From: Candidatus Latescibacterota bacterium
GTDB lineage: Bacteria > Latescibacterota > UBA2968
Direction: 5' to 3'
NCBI GenBank assembly: GCA_965198115.1
Contig: OZ240241.1
Span: 7,712,001-7,776,000 of the forward strand
DNA: 64,000 nt
The notes under the pieces were generated by a model that was not told where the DNA came from, searched no databases, and saw only the letters and a list, made by a program, of their open reading frames with translations. The translations under genes were made by a program, and so were the position numbers. Shown piece after piece: positions 63,371 to 64,000 of this stretch. Every line of letters starts with the position of its first letter. The first letter of the stretch is position 1.

Positions 63371-64000
63371 TCATCCCATCGGGTGGGTGATCAGGCCGAG
63401 GTCGGCGATGGGTTGCTCGATGCGTTCGACTTCCTCATCGGTGGCGGAGACCATCGGTGGACGCAGATGACGTGATGCTACGCCGTTGAGCTCGAGGGTG
63501 GCGCGCCAGAGCGCTTGGAAGCCGCCACCTACCCGCGCGGCAAGAGACTCGAAAGGTTTTTCGGTTTCACGGATGATGCGCCCCGCGGTGGCCACATCAG
63601 TGTCTTGGTACGCCTGCCAGTACTCCTTCGCGACGTGAGGGGCGAATGACGAGTAGTAGCAGAAGAAGGCGGGGCGCCAGGGCCACTGCGTGAAGTTGCG
63701 CCAGAGTCCTCCGCCGGTCATAAACTTCCAATGCGCTCCGTACTTCTGCATCGTGTTCGGGGCGTAGTCTACGGCGCCATCTTCCTTGAAGCAGCAGATG
63801 TTTTGAACATCGACGATGGCATCGAGGATCTCGTGCGGCGGCCAGCCGACGAGCATCACAGGCATCACTTCCGCGACGGCGCGATAGTGGGCGATCTTGC
63901 CCGCGGGAACGGAGTGATCGGACGGCAACACCATCAAGACGTCGACACCGAGGTCTTTGCAGAATCGGGCGAATTCGACGGCCTTGGGATCGGTCCAACG
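63371..64000 (-). CDS. Dihydrodipicolinate synthase family protein; starts beyond the right edge
   Basis: GVDVLMVLP, NICCFKEDG (Schiff-base Lys), LRPPMVS. Confidence 0.75.
   Translation of the reverse strand, partial: RWTDPKAVEFARFCKDLGVDVLMVLPSDHSVPAGKIAHYRAVAEVMPVMLVGWPPHEILDAIVDVQNICCFKEDGAVDYAPNTMQKYGAHWKFMTGGGLWRNFTQWPWRPAFFCYYSSFAPHVAKEYWQAYQDTDVATAGRIIRETEKPFESLAARVGGGFQALWRATLELNGVASRHLRPPMVSATDEEVERIEQPIADLGLITHPMG

Overview
GC-rich bacterial window. Ordinary metabolic genes sit at both ends and around 53-55 kb: a HARP/SMARCAL1-like SNF2 helicase (runs off the left edge, absent from the ORF track), VOC, SDR, a P-loop kinase, nfo, two tandem uxuA-like dehydratases, an M14 deacylase and a DHDPS-family lyase. 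Most of 3.8-59.8 kb is a heavily scrambled defence/mobilome region. It holds three complete IS256 copies (8-bp TSDs), two ISAzo13, two IS1380 (one partial), two IS200, one IS630, several IS21 pieces and one cargo-carrying IS1595, plus many 30-500 bp gene scraps (type I R-M, methyltransferase, ABC ATPase, PIN, CRISPR). Defence-like genes are a SNF2(DUF3883)-AAA21-DUF4276-DUF1156 operon with a disrupted methylase, an intact 1356-aa HigA-HTH fusion, a split HEPN gene and a PD-(D/E)xK-like orphan. The most unusual observation is inside the IS1595 element (9877-11989, perfect 25-bp IRs, 8-bp TSD): a sigma70 promoter, a putative DNA-binding ORF and, directly after it, a 71-nt tRNA/tmRNA-like RNA with a G3.U70 alanine-type acceptor stem, canonical T-arm and CCA but no proper D-arm or mRNA-like domain. 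Other highlights are an unannotated UxxC selenoprotein, a tandem stack of tRNA 3'-end relics, an orphan CRISPR fragment and a duplicated orphan gene with a QLSLF motif. All family assignments come from motif recognition by eye; no database search was run.
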